Positions 19,203-27,911 of a DNA stretch of 64,000 nt are shown in pieces. Numbering within the stretch: the stretch's first letter is position 1; every line of letters begins with the position of its first letter. The stretch comes from an uncultured Rubrivivax sp. GTDB taxonomy: Bacteria; Pseudomonadota; Gammaproteobacteria; Burkholderiales; Burkholderiaceae_C. The DNA lies in assembly GCA_964244245.1 (NCBI GenBank), contig CAXTHW010000010.1:52764-116763 (forward strand), in the 5' to 3' direction. The notes beneath the pieces are model-generated. The model did no database searches. It was not told the DNA's origin and saw only the letters and a program-made list of their open reading frames with translations. The translations under genes were made by a program, and so were the position numbers.

Positions 19203-20683
19203 CGGCGCAGTGGAGCGGGACCAGCGCGACGACAGTGACGACAGTGACGACAGTGACGACATTGACGCTGAGCCTGGTCTCGCACACCAACGCCGGCAAG
19301 ACGACGCTGGCGCGCACGCTGCTGGGCCGCGACATCGGCGAGGTGCGCGACGCACCGCACGTCACCGAGTTCGCCGAGATGCACCCGCTGCTGCGCACGC
19401 CCGAGGGCGATGCGTTGCAGCTCTGGGACACGCCCGGCTTCGGCGACAGCCCGCGGCTGCTGCGGCTGACGCAGCGGCTGCAGTCGGCAGAGCAGCCGCT
19501 GGGTTGGCTGCTCGCCCAGGTGTGGGACCGCTGGCGTGACTGTGGGCTGTGGGCCAGCCAGCAGGCGCTGCGCCATGTGCGCGCGCACAGCGACGTGGTG
19601 CTCTACCTCGTCAATGCCAGCGAGTCGCCAGCCGCTGCCGGCTACGTGGCCGCAGAAATGGGCTTGCTGCGCTGGATGGACAAGCCGGTGGTGGTGCTGC
19701 TGAACCAGCTCGACCCGCCGCGCGCCGCGGCCGACGAAGCGGCCGACGTCGCCCAGTGGCGCACGCATCTGGCGGCTTTTGCGCAGGTGCGCGCGGTGCT
19801 GCCGCTGGACGCCTTCGCGCGCTGCTGGGTGCAGGAAGGCACGCTGCTGCGCGCCATCGACGCGGCGCTGGGCGGCAGCGCTGTCATGCAGCGGCTCGCG
19901 GCCGCGTGGGCAGCGCAACGGCTGGCCACCTTCGATGCCGCGGTGCGCGAACTGGCCGCCAGCCTCGGCCGCACGGCGGCAGCGCGCGCCGTGCTGCCCG
20001 ACGGCGGCTGGCTCGCACGCAAGCAGGATGCCGCCGACGGGCGGCAGGCGCTGGAGAAGATGCTCGATGCCGAGCTGCGCGCCAGCACCGGCCGGCTGCT
20101 GGCGCTGCACGGGCTGGCCGGCCAGGCGCAGAGCGAGATCCTCGACCGCGTGGCGGCCCAGGTGAGCTTGCGCCAGCGTGTCGGCGAAGGCCGCGCGGCG
20201 CTGGTGGGCGGGGCCATCAGCGGCGCGCTGGCGGGGCTGAAGGCCGACATCGCCACCGGCGGCCTCACGCTGGGCGGCGGCATGCTGGCCGGCGGGCTGC
20301 TGGGCGCCCTGGGCGCCGCCGGCCTGGCCCGCGGGCTGAACGTGGTGCGCGGCACCGACCGCAGCTTTGCCCACTGGAGCGCAGAGGCGCTGGCGCCGCT
20401 GGTGCAGGCCGCACTGCTGCGCTACCTGGCCGTGGCCCACTTCGGCCGTGGCCGCGGCGACTGGCAGCAAGGCGAAGCGCCCGCGCACTGGCGCGATGTC
20501 GTCAGCGCCGCACTCGCACCGCACCAGGCCGCGCTGACGGCGCTCTGGCAGGGCCGCAGCAGCAAGTTCGACAACCCAGGCGAGGCAGAGCAGCTCTCGG
20601 CGGCGCTGCTGCCGCTGCTGGCAAAGGCCACGCGCGATGCGCTGGAGCGCCTGTACCCCGGCGCCTGGCCCGCCAAGCCATGA
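19199..20683 (+). CDS. P-loop GTPase with C-terminal Gly-rich hydrophobic region, DUF3482-like
   Basis: G1 SHTNAGKT, G3 DTPG, G4-like NQLD; GGAISGALAG..GGLTLGGGMLAGGLLGALG. Confidence 0.8.
   Translation: MTAQWSGTSATTVTTVTTVTTLTLSLVSHTNAGKTTLARTLLGRDIGEVRDAPHVTEFAEMHPLLRTPEGDALQLWDTPGFGDSPRLLRLTQRLQSAEQPLGWLLAQVWDRWRDCGLWASQQALRHVRAHSDVVLYLVNASESPAAAGYVAAEMGLLRWMDKPVVVLLNQLDPPRAAADEAADVAQWRTHLAAFAQVRAVLPLDAFARCWVQEGTLLRAIDAALGGSAVMQRLAAAWAAQRLATFDAAVRELAASLGRTAAARAVLPDGGWLARKQDAADGRQALEKMLDAELRASTGRLLALHGLAGQAQSEILDRVAAQVSLRQRVGEGRAALVGGAISGALAGLKADIATGGLTLGGGMLAGGLLGALGAAGLARGLNVVRGTDRSFAHWSAEALAPLVQAALLRYLAVAHFGRGRGDWQQGEAPAHWRDVVSAALAPHQAALTALWQGRSSKFDNPGEAEQLSAALLPLLAKATRDALERLYPGAWPAKP
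19231..19266 (+). repeat. 9-bp microsatellite (GACAGTGAC)x3 plus one variant, encoding TTV repeats
   Basis: Exact copies at 19231, 19240 and 19249; GACATTGAC at 19258. Confidence 0.9.
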
Positions 20684-20731
20684 AGCCCCGGATGGACGGC
20701 CCGGCCGCCGCCGCTTAGCCTGTCGCCCACC

Positions 20732-21310
20732 ATGGACCTTGCCCACCACCTGCGCATCCAGGCGCGCGCCAACCGCCTGGCCAACCACCGGCTGCACGGC
20801 GCGATGGCAGCGCTGCCGCCGGCCGACTTCCACGCGCCGCGCACCGGCTTCTTCCCCAGCCTGGCAGCCACGCTCGACCATGTGTTGATGGTCGATCAGT
20901 ACTACATCGGCGCCCTGCTCGGCGAAGCCGGGCTCGACGGCCATTGGGCCCGCTACACCGGCAGCGCCACGCTCGCTGGTCTGGCAACGCGCCAGCAGGC
21001 CAGCGACGAGCGGCTGATCGCCTTCTGCGACGCGCTCGATGCCGCCGGCTGTGGGCGCGTGGTGGCAATGCCGCGCGGCGCCGGCCGCGTGCAGCACGAC
21101 CTGGCGGCCCATGTGCTGGCCCACCTGTTCATGCACCAGACGCACCACCGCGGCCAGGCCCACGCGATGCTGTCCGCCACCGCCGTGGCGCCGCCGCAGC
21201 TCGACGAGTTCCTGATGCCCAGCGAAGCGCATTTCCGCGTTGCCGAGATGGCGGCGCTGGGCTGGCAGGAGGCTGCGGTGTACGGCCTGCCGGGCGACAC
21301 CCGACCCTAG
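20732..21310 (+). CDS. DinB/YfiT-family protein
   Basis: FFPSLAATLDH, HLFMHQTHHRGQ. Confidence 0.9.
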   Translation: MDLAHHLRIQARANRLANHRLHGAMAALPPADFHAPRTGFFPSLAATLDHVLMVDQYYIGALLGEAGLDGHWARYTGSATLAGLATRQQASDERLIAFCDALDAAGCGRVVAMPRGAGRVQHDLAAHVLAHLFMHQTHHRGQAHAMLSATAVAPPQLDEFLMPSEAHFRVAEMAALGWQEAAVYGLPGDTRP

Positions 21311-21336
21311 AATTGACGTTGACGTAAACGTCAACC
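21308..21336 (+). promoter_or_regulatory. -10-like TAGAAT plus LiuR-type palindrome upstream of liuB
   Basis: TAGAAT at 21308-21313; TTGACGT-AA-ACGTCAA at 21319-21334. Confidence 0.8.
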
Positions 21337-21360
21337 AAACCCGCAGGCGCAGGAGCCCCG

Positions 21361-22971
21361 ATGCCCGTTCTCACGTCCAAGATCAACCCGCGCTCCGAGG
21401 ACTTCAAGGCCAATGCGCTGCTGATGCGGCAGCGGGTGGACGACCTCAACACCCGCCTGGCCGGCATCGCCGAAGGCGGCGGCGAGGCGGCGCGCGCCAA
21501 GCACACCGCGCGCGGCAAGCTGCTGCCGCGCGAGCGGGTGGAAATGCTGCTGGACCCGGACACGCCCTTCCTCGAAATCGGCGCGATCGCGGCGCTGGAC
21601 ATGTACGACAACGCCGCGCCCGGCGCGGGGCTGATCGCCGGCATCGGCCGTGTCAGCGGCGTCGAGTGTTTGATCGTCTGCAACGACGCCACCGTCAAGG
21701 GCGGCACCTACTACCCGATGACGGTGAAGAAGCATCTGCGGGCGCAAGAGATCGCGCAGCAGAACCGCCTGCCGTGCATCTACCTCGTGGACAGCGGCGG
21801 CGCCAACCTGCCCAACCAGGACGACGTCTTCCCCGACCGCGAGCACTTCGGCCGCATCTTCTACAACCAGGCCAACATGAGCGCGCTGGGCATCCCGCAG
21901 CTCGCGGTGGTGATGGGCTCGTGCACGGCAGGCGGCGCCTACATGCCGGCGATGAGCGACGAGACCATCATCGTGCGCAACCAGGGCACCATCTTCCTGG
22001 CCGGCCCGCCGCTGGTGAAGGCCGCCATCGGTGAAGTGGTCAGCGCCGAAGACCTGGGCGGCGGCGACGTGCACACCCGGCTGTCCGGCGTGGCCGACCA
22101 CCTGGCCGAGAACGACCTGCACGCACTGGCCATCGCGCGCGCCAGCGTCGCCAACTTCAACTGGCGCAAGCCAGAGCAACTGCAACTCCAGCCGCCGCGC
22201 GCGCCGCTGTTCGACGCTGCCGAACTGCACGGCGTGATCCCGTCGGACGCGCGCAAGCCCTTCGACGTGCGCGAGATCATCGCCCGCCTGGTGGATGGCT
22301 CGGAGTTCGACGAGTTCAAGGCGCGTTACGGCGCCACGCTCGTCACCGGCTTCGCGCATATCGAAGGCATGCCGGTGGGCATCATCGCGAACAACGGCGT
22401 GCTGTTCTCCGAAAGCTCGATGAAGGCCGCGCACTTCATCGAGTTGTGCTGCCAGCGGCGCATTCCGCTGGTCTTCTTGCAGAACATCACCGGCTTCATG
22501 GTCGGCCGCAAATACGAGGCAGAAGGCATCGCCAAGCATGGCGCGAAGATGGTCACCGCCGTGGCCACCGCCACGGTGCCCAAGTTCACGGTGATCATCG
22601 GCGGCAGCTTCGGTGCCGGCAACTACGGCATGTGCGGCCGGGCTTACAGCCCGCGCTTGCTGTGGATGTGGCCGAACGCGCGCATCAGCGTGATGGGCGG
22701 CGAGCAGGCCGCGGCGGTGCTGGCCACCGTCAAGCGCGATGGCATCGAGAAGAAGGGCGGCCAGTGGAGCGCCGAGCAGGAATCGGCGTTCAAGCAGCCG
22801 ATCCTGGAGCAGTTCGAGCACCAGGCGCACCCGTACTACAGCAGCGCGCGGCTGTGGGACGACGGCGTGATCGACCCGGCCGACACCCGCCGCGTGCTGG
22901 CGCTGGGCTTGAGCGCCAGTCTGAACGCGCCGATTCCGGACACCCCGCGCTTCGGCATTTTCCGGATGTAG
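21361..22971 (+). CDS. liuB: 3-methylcrotonyl-CoA carboxylase beta (carboxyltransferase) subunit
   Basis: [41 protein letters not shown]. Confidence 0.97.
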   Translation: MPVLTSKINPRSEDFKANALLMRQRVDDLNTRLAGIAEGGGEAARAKHTARGKLLPRERVEMLLDPDTPFLEIGAIAALDMYDNAAPGAGLIAGIGRVSGVECLIVCNDATVKGGTYYPMTVKKHLRAQEIAQQNRLPCIYLVDSGGANLPNQDDVFPDREHFGRIFYNQANMSALGIPQLAVVMGSCTAGGAYMPAMSDETIIVRNQGTIFLAGPPLVKAAIGEVVSAEDLGGGDVHTRLSGVADHLAENDLHALAIARASVANFNWRKPEQLQLQPPRAPLFDAAELHGVIPSDARKPFDVREIIARLVDGSEFDEFKARYGATLVTGFAHIEGMPVGIIANNGVLFSESSMKAAHFIELCCQRRIPLVFLQNITGFMVGRKYEAEGIAKHGAKMVTAVATATVPKFTVIIGGSFGAGNYGMCGRAYSPRLLWMWPNARISVMGGEQAAAVLATVKRDGIEKKGGQWSAEQESAFKQPILEQFEHQAHPYYSSARLWDDGVIDPADTRRVLALGLSASLNAPIPDTPRFGIFRM

Positions 22972-22972
22972 T

Positions 22973-23012
22973 GCATAATGTGTGCCGTGCTTTGACAGAA
23001 TACACATCATGC
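22973..23012. promoter_or_regulatory. Inverted repeat, likely vapBC autoregulatory operator
   Basis: GCATAATGTGT (22973-22983) / ACACATCATGC (23002-23012), 10 of 11 complementary; overlaps -10-like CATAAT. Confidence 0.55.
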
Positions 23013-23290
23013 GCACCAATATCGACATCGACGATGACTTGATGGCCAACGCCATGAAGGCCGGGCCGTACAAGACCAAGAAAGACGCGGTCGAGGCCGG
23101 CCTCAAGCTGCTGGCCCGGCAGGCCGCCTACCGCGAGATTCTCAAGTGGCGCGGCAAGCTGAACTGGGAAGGCGACGACAGCATCGACTGGACGGTGCCC
23201 GCGCCGCCGCCCACCACGGGCAGCGGCGTCAGCACCGCCGTGCTGGCGCAAGAGCGGTCGCCTGGCGGGAAGCGCCGTGCTGGTCGTTGA
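23009..23290 (+). CDS. vapB: VapB-family antitoxin
   Basis: MRTNIDIDDDLM..AM....KTKKDAVE.GL..L; overlaps the PIN gene. Confidence 0.9.
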   Translation: MRTNIDIDDDLMANAMKAGPYKTKKDAVEAGLKLLARQAAYREILKWRGKLNWEGDDSIDWTVPAPPPTTGSGVSTAVLAQERSPGGKRRAGR

Positions 23291-23678
23291 CTCCAGCGTC
23301 TGGATCGACTTCTTTGCGCGCAACGCCCACCCCGCCAGCGACCTGCTGGACAGCCTGCTCGACCATGGCGAGGTGCGCATCGTCGTGCCCGACCTGGTGC
23401 TGTTCGAGGTGCTGCGCGGCTTTCGCCATGAGCGTGACCACCGGCAGGCGCGGCTGCTGATGGAAAGCCTGAGCATCGAAGCCACGGGCGGCGCGGCGCT
23501 TGCGCTGACCGGCGCGCAGCACTACCGCAGCCTGCGCGCGGCCGGTGTCACGGTGCGCAGCGGCATCGACGTGCTGATCGCCAGCTTCTGCATCGAGAAC
23601 GACTACGCACTGCTGCACCGCGACCGCGACTTCGACGCCTTCGAAGCGCAGCGCGGCCTGCGCATCTGGCGCAACTGA
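23277..23678 (+). CDS. vapC: VapC PIN-domain toxin
   Basis: VDSSVWID, LFEVLRG, IDVLIA, LLHRDRDF acidic tetrad. Confidence 0.93.
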   Translation: MLVVDSSVWIDFFARNAHPASDLLDSLLDHGEVRIVVPDLVLFEVLRGFRHERDHRQARLLMESLSIEATGGAALALTGAQHYRSLRAAGVTVRSGIDVLIASFCIENDYALLHRDRDFDAFEAQRGLRIWRN

Positions 23679-23692
23679 AAGGCCGACGCGCC

Positions 23693-24826
23693 ATGGACAA
23701 CGTCTATCTGACCGCCGACCACGCCCTGCTGCAGGACCAGGTGGCGCGCTTCCTCGCGCGCGAGGTGGAGCCCCATGCAGCCACCTGGGAAGAGCAGGGC
23801 ATGGTGCCGCGCGCGGTGCTGCGCAAGATGGGCGCGGCCGGCTTGCTGGGCCTCGTCTATGCGCCCGAGTACGGCGGCGCCGGCGCCGATGCGCTGACCA
23901 ACCTGGCTTTCGCAGACGCTTTGAGCCAGAGCACCTTCGGCGGCTTCATCATCACGGTGCTGGTGCACACCGACATGGCGTCGCCGCACCTGCACCACGC
24001 CGGCACGCCGGCGCAACAGGCGCGCTGGATGCCCGGCATCACCAGCGGCGAAACCATCACCGCGGTGGCCATCACCGAGCCCGGCGCCGGCTCCGACGTC
24101 GCCGGCCTGCGCAGCAGCGCCGTGCTGGATGGCAGCACCTGGGTGCTCAACGGCAGCAAGCTCTTCATCACCAACGGCGTCCATGCCGATCTGTATTTCG
24201 TCGCCGCCCGCACCGGCAGCGCACGGCATGCGATTTCGATCTTCGCGGTCGAGAAAGGCACGCCGGGCTTCACGGTCGGCCGCTCGCTCGACAAGACCGG
24301 TTGGCGCTGCTCCGACACCGCCGAACTGCACTTCGACAACGTGCGCTTGCCGGCCGGCCACCTGCTGGGCGACGAAGGCAAGGGCTTCTACGCGGTGATG
24401 AAGAACTTCCAGACCGAGCGCATCGCACTCGGCGCCATGGCGGTGGGCCACTGCACGCAGGCGCTGCGGCTGGCGCTGGACCATGTGCGCACGCGCCAAG
24501 CCTTCGGCGGCACCTTGTGGGACAAGCAGGCCGTGCGCCAGAAACTCGCGATGCTGGACGCCAGGACCCGCGCCGCCCGCGCCTACCTCTACCACTGCGC
24601 CTGGCGCGTGACTCAGGGGCACGACGTGGTGCAGGACGTCTCGCTGCTGAAGGCGCTGACCGGCGAACTGGTCAACGAAGTCGTCCAGGGCTGCCAGCAG
24701 TTGCATGGCGGCATGGGCTTCATGCACGGCACGCCGGTCGAGCGGCTGTGGCGTGATGCGCGCGTGCTGGCCATCGGTGGCGGCGCCACCGAGGTGATGC
24801 TCGACGAAGCGGCCAAGCGGTACTGA
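23693..24826 (+). CDS. Acyl-CoA dehydrogenase (long-chain/AtuD-like subfamily)
   Basis: VHTDMASPHL, AITEPGAGSD, RDARVLAIGGGATE. Confidence 0.92.
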   Translation: MDNVYLTADHALLQDQVARFLAREVEPHAATWEEQGMVPRAVLRKMGAAGLLGLVYAPEYGGAGADALTNLAFADALSQSTFGGFIITVLVHTDMASPHLHHAGTPAQQARWMPGITSGETITAVAITEPGAGSDVAGLRSSAVLDGSTWVLNGSKLFITNGVHADLYFVAARTGSARHAISIFAVEKGTPGFTVGRSLDKTGWRCSDTAELHFDNVRLPAGHLLGDEGKGFYAVMKNFQTERIALGAMAVGHCTQALRLALDHVRTRQAFGGTLWDKQAVRQKLAMLDARTRAARAYLYHCAWRVTQGHDVVQDVSLLKALTGELVNEVVQGCQQLHGGMGFMHGTPVERLWRDARVLAIGGGATEVMLDEAAKRY

Positions 24827-24849
24827 GCCGCGACTGAACGGGCGGCTGA
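24823..24849 (+). repeat. CTGA triplet repeat with 11/12-bp spacing
   Basis: CTGA at 24823, 24834 and 24846 in GACTGAACG/GGCTGAACG-like units. Confidence 0.6.
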
Positions 24850-24860
24850 ACGGCTTCACC

Positions 24861-25919
24861 ATGGCGCAGCACATCGACATCCGGCCGCACGTCGGCCCCC
24901 AAATCCGCCCACTCGCAGCACGCGACTCCTTCGACGCCATCACGCGCCTGCTGCACGCGGCCTACGCGCCGCTGGCACAGGCCGGCATGAACTTCACCGC
25001 CGCGACGCAGACGGCCGAAGACACGGCCCGCCGCGCTGCGGAGGGGCAGTGCTTGGTTGCAGAAACCGAAGACGGCATCGTCGGCACCGTCACCGTCTGC
25101 GGCCCCTATGCCGACGGTGAAGCGCCCTGGGCCGAGTCCGTCCCCTGGTTCCGCGACCGCGACACCGCGCACTTCCACCAGTTCGCGGTGCACCCGGCCG
25201 CGCAGCGCCAGGGCCTGGGCCGGCGGTTGATCGCCGCCTGCGAGCACTGGGCGCTGCAACGCGGCTACCGCCGCATGGCGCTGGACACGGCCGAGCCGGC
25301 AACCGCACTGCGTGCGCTCTACAAGAGCGTGGGCTATGCCGAGGTGGGCCGCGTGCACTGGGCGGGCAAGACCTATGGCAGCGTGATCCTGCAAAAGGCG
25401 CTGGACAGGTCTCCGCTGCGCGAGCACCTGCGCACGCTGGCACGCTACAACGTCTGGGCCAGCACGGCGCTTTGCGCCCATCTCGATGCGCTGCCCGAGG
25501 CCGACTACAGGCGCGACGCCGGGCTCTTCTTCAACAGCGTGCATGGCACGCTGAACCACCTGCTGGTGGCCGAGCATGCGCTGTGGTTTCGCCGCTTCGC
25601 CGAGGGCGTTTCACCGTCGGTGGCGCTCGACGACGAGATCGAGCCCGACCGTGCGCGGCTGCGCCAGCGCCTGCTGAGCGGCGCGCTGGCCTGGCTGCCG
25701 CTGCTGGAGCTGTGGCCCGAGCAGCGGCTGGAAGGCACGCTGGAGTACCAGCGTCTGGCCGGCCAGCGCGTGCGGCTGCCTTTTGCAGCCACGTTGGCGC
25801 ATGTGTTCAACCACGGCACGCACCACCGCGGCCAGATCAGCGCCGCGATCACCGCGATGGGCCACGCGAGCCCCGCACTCGACATGGTGCTGATGCTGCA
25901 ACAAGACCATCCGTCATGA
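24861..25919 (+). CDS. GNAT acetyltransferase-DinB fusion protein
   Basis: N-half FAVHPAAQRQGLGRRL and LYKSVGY; C-half SVHGTLNHLLV and HVFNHGTHHRGQ. Confidence 0.88.
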   Translation: MAQHIDIRPHVGPQIRPLAARDSFDAITRLLHAAYAPLAQAGMNFTAATQTAEDTARRAAEGQCLVAETEDGIVGTVTVCGPYADGEAPWAESVPWFRDRDTAHFHQFAVHPAAQRQGLGRRLIAACEHWALQRGYRRMALDTAEPATALRALYKSVGYAEVGRVHWAGKTYGSVILQKALDRSPLREHLRTLARYNVWASTALCAHLDALPEADYRRDAGLFFNSVHGTLNHLLVAEHALWFRRFAEGVSPSVALDDEIEPDRARLRQRLLSGALAWLPLLELWPEQRLEGTLEYQRLAGQRVRLPFAATLAHVFNHGTHHRGQISAAITAMGHASPALDMVLMLQQDHPS

Positions 25920-26704
25920 CCCCGACCGCCACGCTCGACATCCGCCGTCCTTCGCCCCATGTGGCCGAGGTCTGGCTCAACCGGCCCGATGTCCGCAACG
26001 CCTTCAACGACGGCGTGATCGCCGAACTCACCAGCACCTTCCGCACGCTGGGCGCCGACCCCGAGCTGCGCGTGATCATGCTCGGCGGCCACGGCAAGGC
26101 CTTCTGCGCCGGGGCCGACCTGGGCTGGATGCGCAGCATGGCGGCCTACACCTGGGACGAGAACCAGGCCGACGCCGCGCGGCTGGCCGAGATGCTGTGG
26201 ACGCTCTACACCTGCCCGCTGCCGGTGATCGGCCGCATCCACGGCGACTGCTATGCAGGCGGCGTGGGCCTGGCCGCCGTCTGCGATGTGCTGGTGGCTG
26301 CCGAGGGCGTGCAGTTCTGCCTCAGCGAGGCGCGGCTGGGCCTGCTGCCGGCCACCATCGCGCCCTACGTCGTGCGGGCGCTCGGCGAGCAGGCGTCGCG
26401 CCGCTACTTCGTCACCGCAGAGCGCTTCTCGGCCGCCGACGCCAAGGCGCTCGGCCTGGTGCACGAGGTCACGCCGGCCGACGCGCTGGACGCCACGGTG
26501 GCCGAACTCGTGGCGCTGCTGGTGGCCAACGGCCCGGCGGCTGTGAAGGCCTGCAAGCGGCTGGTGCAAGACGTCGCAGGCCGCCCCATCGACGCGGCCT
26601 TGCGTGCCGACACCGCAGGCCGCATTGCCGACATCCGCGTCAGCGCAGAAGGGCGTGAAGGGCTGGCTGCGTTCCTGGGCAAACGCGATCCGGGATGGCG
26701 GTGA
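25916..26704 (+). CDS. liuC: Enoyl-CoA hydratase/methylglutaconyl-CoA hydratase
   Basis: LNRPDVRNAF, FCAGADL, AGGVGL, SEARLGLLPA; liu context. Confidence 0.9.
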   Translation: MTPTATLDIRRPSPHVAEVWLNRPDVRNAFNDGVIAELTSTFRTLGADPELRVIMLGGHGKAFCAGADLGWMRSMAAYTWDENQADAARLAEMLWTLYTCPLPVIGRIHGDCYAGGVGLAAVCDVLVAAEGVQFCLSEARLGLLPATIAPYVVRALGEQASRRYFVTAERFSAADAKALGLVHEVTPADALDATVAELVALLVANGPAAVKACKRLVQDVAGRPIDAALRADTAGRIADIRVSAEGREGLAAFLGKRDPGWR

Positions 26705-27894
26705 CGCGCCCGTTGCCATTGCCGTCATTGCAGCAGCACGGGCGCTGGCTTGCCGGCCTGGCGCTGGCCGCAGCGGTGGCCCTGGGCGCCACCGCCCAGA
26801 CGGTGCCGGCCGCCGAGCCGCTGGCCGCCGACCTGCGCGAAGACGTGCAGCGGCTCGCAGTCACCGTGAAGGACCTGTACGGCCGCGAAGAAACACGCCT
26901 GATCCCGCTGACGACCTTCCGCCCGCCCGGCGACGGCCCCTTCCCGCTGGTGGTGGTGAGCCACGGCCGTGCGCCGACGGACCGCCGCGCCCAGCAGGGC
27001 CGCCAGCGCTACGAGACGCTGGCGCGCTATCTCGTCGGCAAGGGCTTCGCGGTCTTCGTGCCCACGCGCGTGGGCTATGGTGACACCTTCGGCGCCTTCG
27101 ACCCCGAGTCCAGCGGCAACTGCGATTCCATGCGCCCGGCCGCGGCGGCGCAGGCCGCGTCCGACCAGGTGCTTGCCACGCTGGCCCACGCCAAGACGCT
27201 GCCCTGGGTGGACACGGCGCGCTGGGTCGCGGTGGGCACGTCGGTCGGCGGCTTGACGACGCTGGCCGTCGCCTCGCGCCACCCGCCGGGCCTGGTGGCA
27301 GCGATCAACTTTTCCGGCGGTGCCGGCGGCGACCCGGAGCGCCACCCCGGCAGCCCGTGCAGCCCCACCGCGCTGTCACGCTTGTGGCAGGCGCAGGCCG
27401 CAAGCGCGACGCTGCCGGTGCTCTGGCTCTACTGGCAGAACGACCTCTACTGGGGCGCCGAGTGGCCGCGCCGCTGGGCGCAGGCCTGGCGCGACGGCGG
27501 CGGGCAGCTCGACTTTCAGCAGTTGCCGGCCGCCGGCCGGGACGGCCACGCCGGCCTGGCGACCGACATGGACCACTGGGTGCCGCTGGTCGAGGCGCAT
27601 CTGGCGCAGGCCGGCTTCACCCGTAGCGGCCTGGTGCCCCGGCCACCGCCGAGCGGCTTTGCGCTGCTCGACCAGATCGACAAGCTGCCCGTCCCGGCCG
27701 GCCGCGGCGAGGCCTTCTACAAGAAGTTTCTGGCGGCGCAAAGCCCGCGGGCCTTCGCCATCGGCCCGGGCGGCGCGGTGGGCGTGGCCAGCGGTGACTG
27801 GGCAGCAGGCCGGGCGCTGGGCTATTGCCAGGCCGCGCGCGGCGCCGCCTGCAAACTCTATGCGCTGGACGACGACGTGGTCTGGCAGCCGTGA
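26695..27894 (+). CDS. Exported dienelactone-hydrolase-like alpha/beta hydrolase with an extra Cys-containing C-terminal domain
   Basis: Signal-peptide-like N-terminus, SHGR, GTSVGG, DGH; C-terminal ALGYCQ..ACKLYA. Confidence 0.8.
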   Translation: MAVTRPLPLPSLQQHGRWLAGLALAAAVALGATAQTVPAAEPLAADLREDVQRLAVTVKDLYGREETRLIPLTTFRPPGDGPFPLVVVSHGRAPTDRRAQQGRQRYETLARYLVGKGFAVFVPTRVGYGDTFGAFDPESSGNCDSMRPAAAAQAASDQVLATLAHAKTLPWVDTARWVAVGTSVGGLTTLAVASRHPPGLVAAINFSGGAGGDPERHPGSPCSPTALSRLWQAQAASATLPVLWLYWQNDLYWGAEWPRRWAQAWRDGGGQLDFQQLPAAGRDGHAGLATDMDHWVPLVEAHLAQAGFTRSGLVPRPPPSGFALLDQIDKLPVPAGRGEAFYKKFLAAQSPRAFAIGPGGAVGVASGDWAAGRALGYCQAARGAACKLYALDDDVVWQP

Positions 27895-27911
27895 ACCCGA
27901 GGAAGACGACG

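Noticed and set aside
22992-22997. Perfect TTGACA before vapB as a -35 box
   Set aside because: A matching -10 would fall inside the ORF; spacing does not fit
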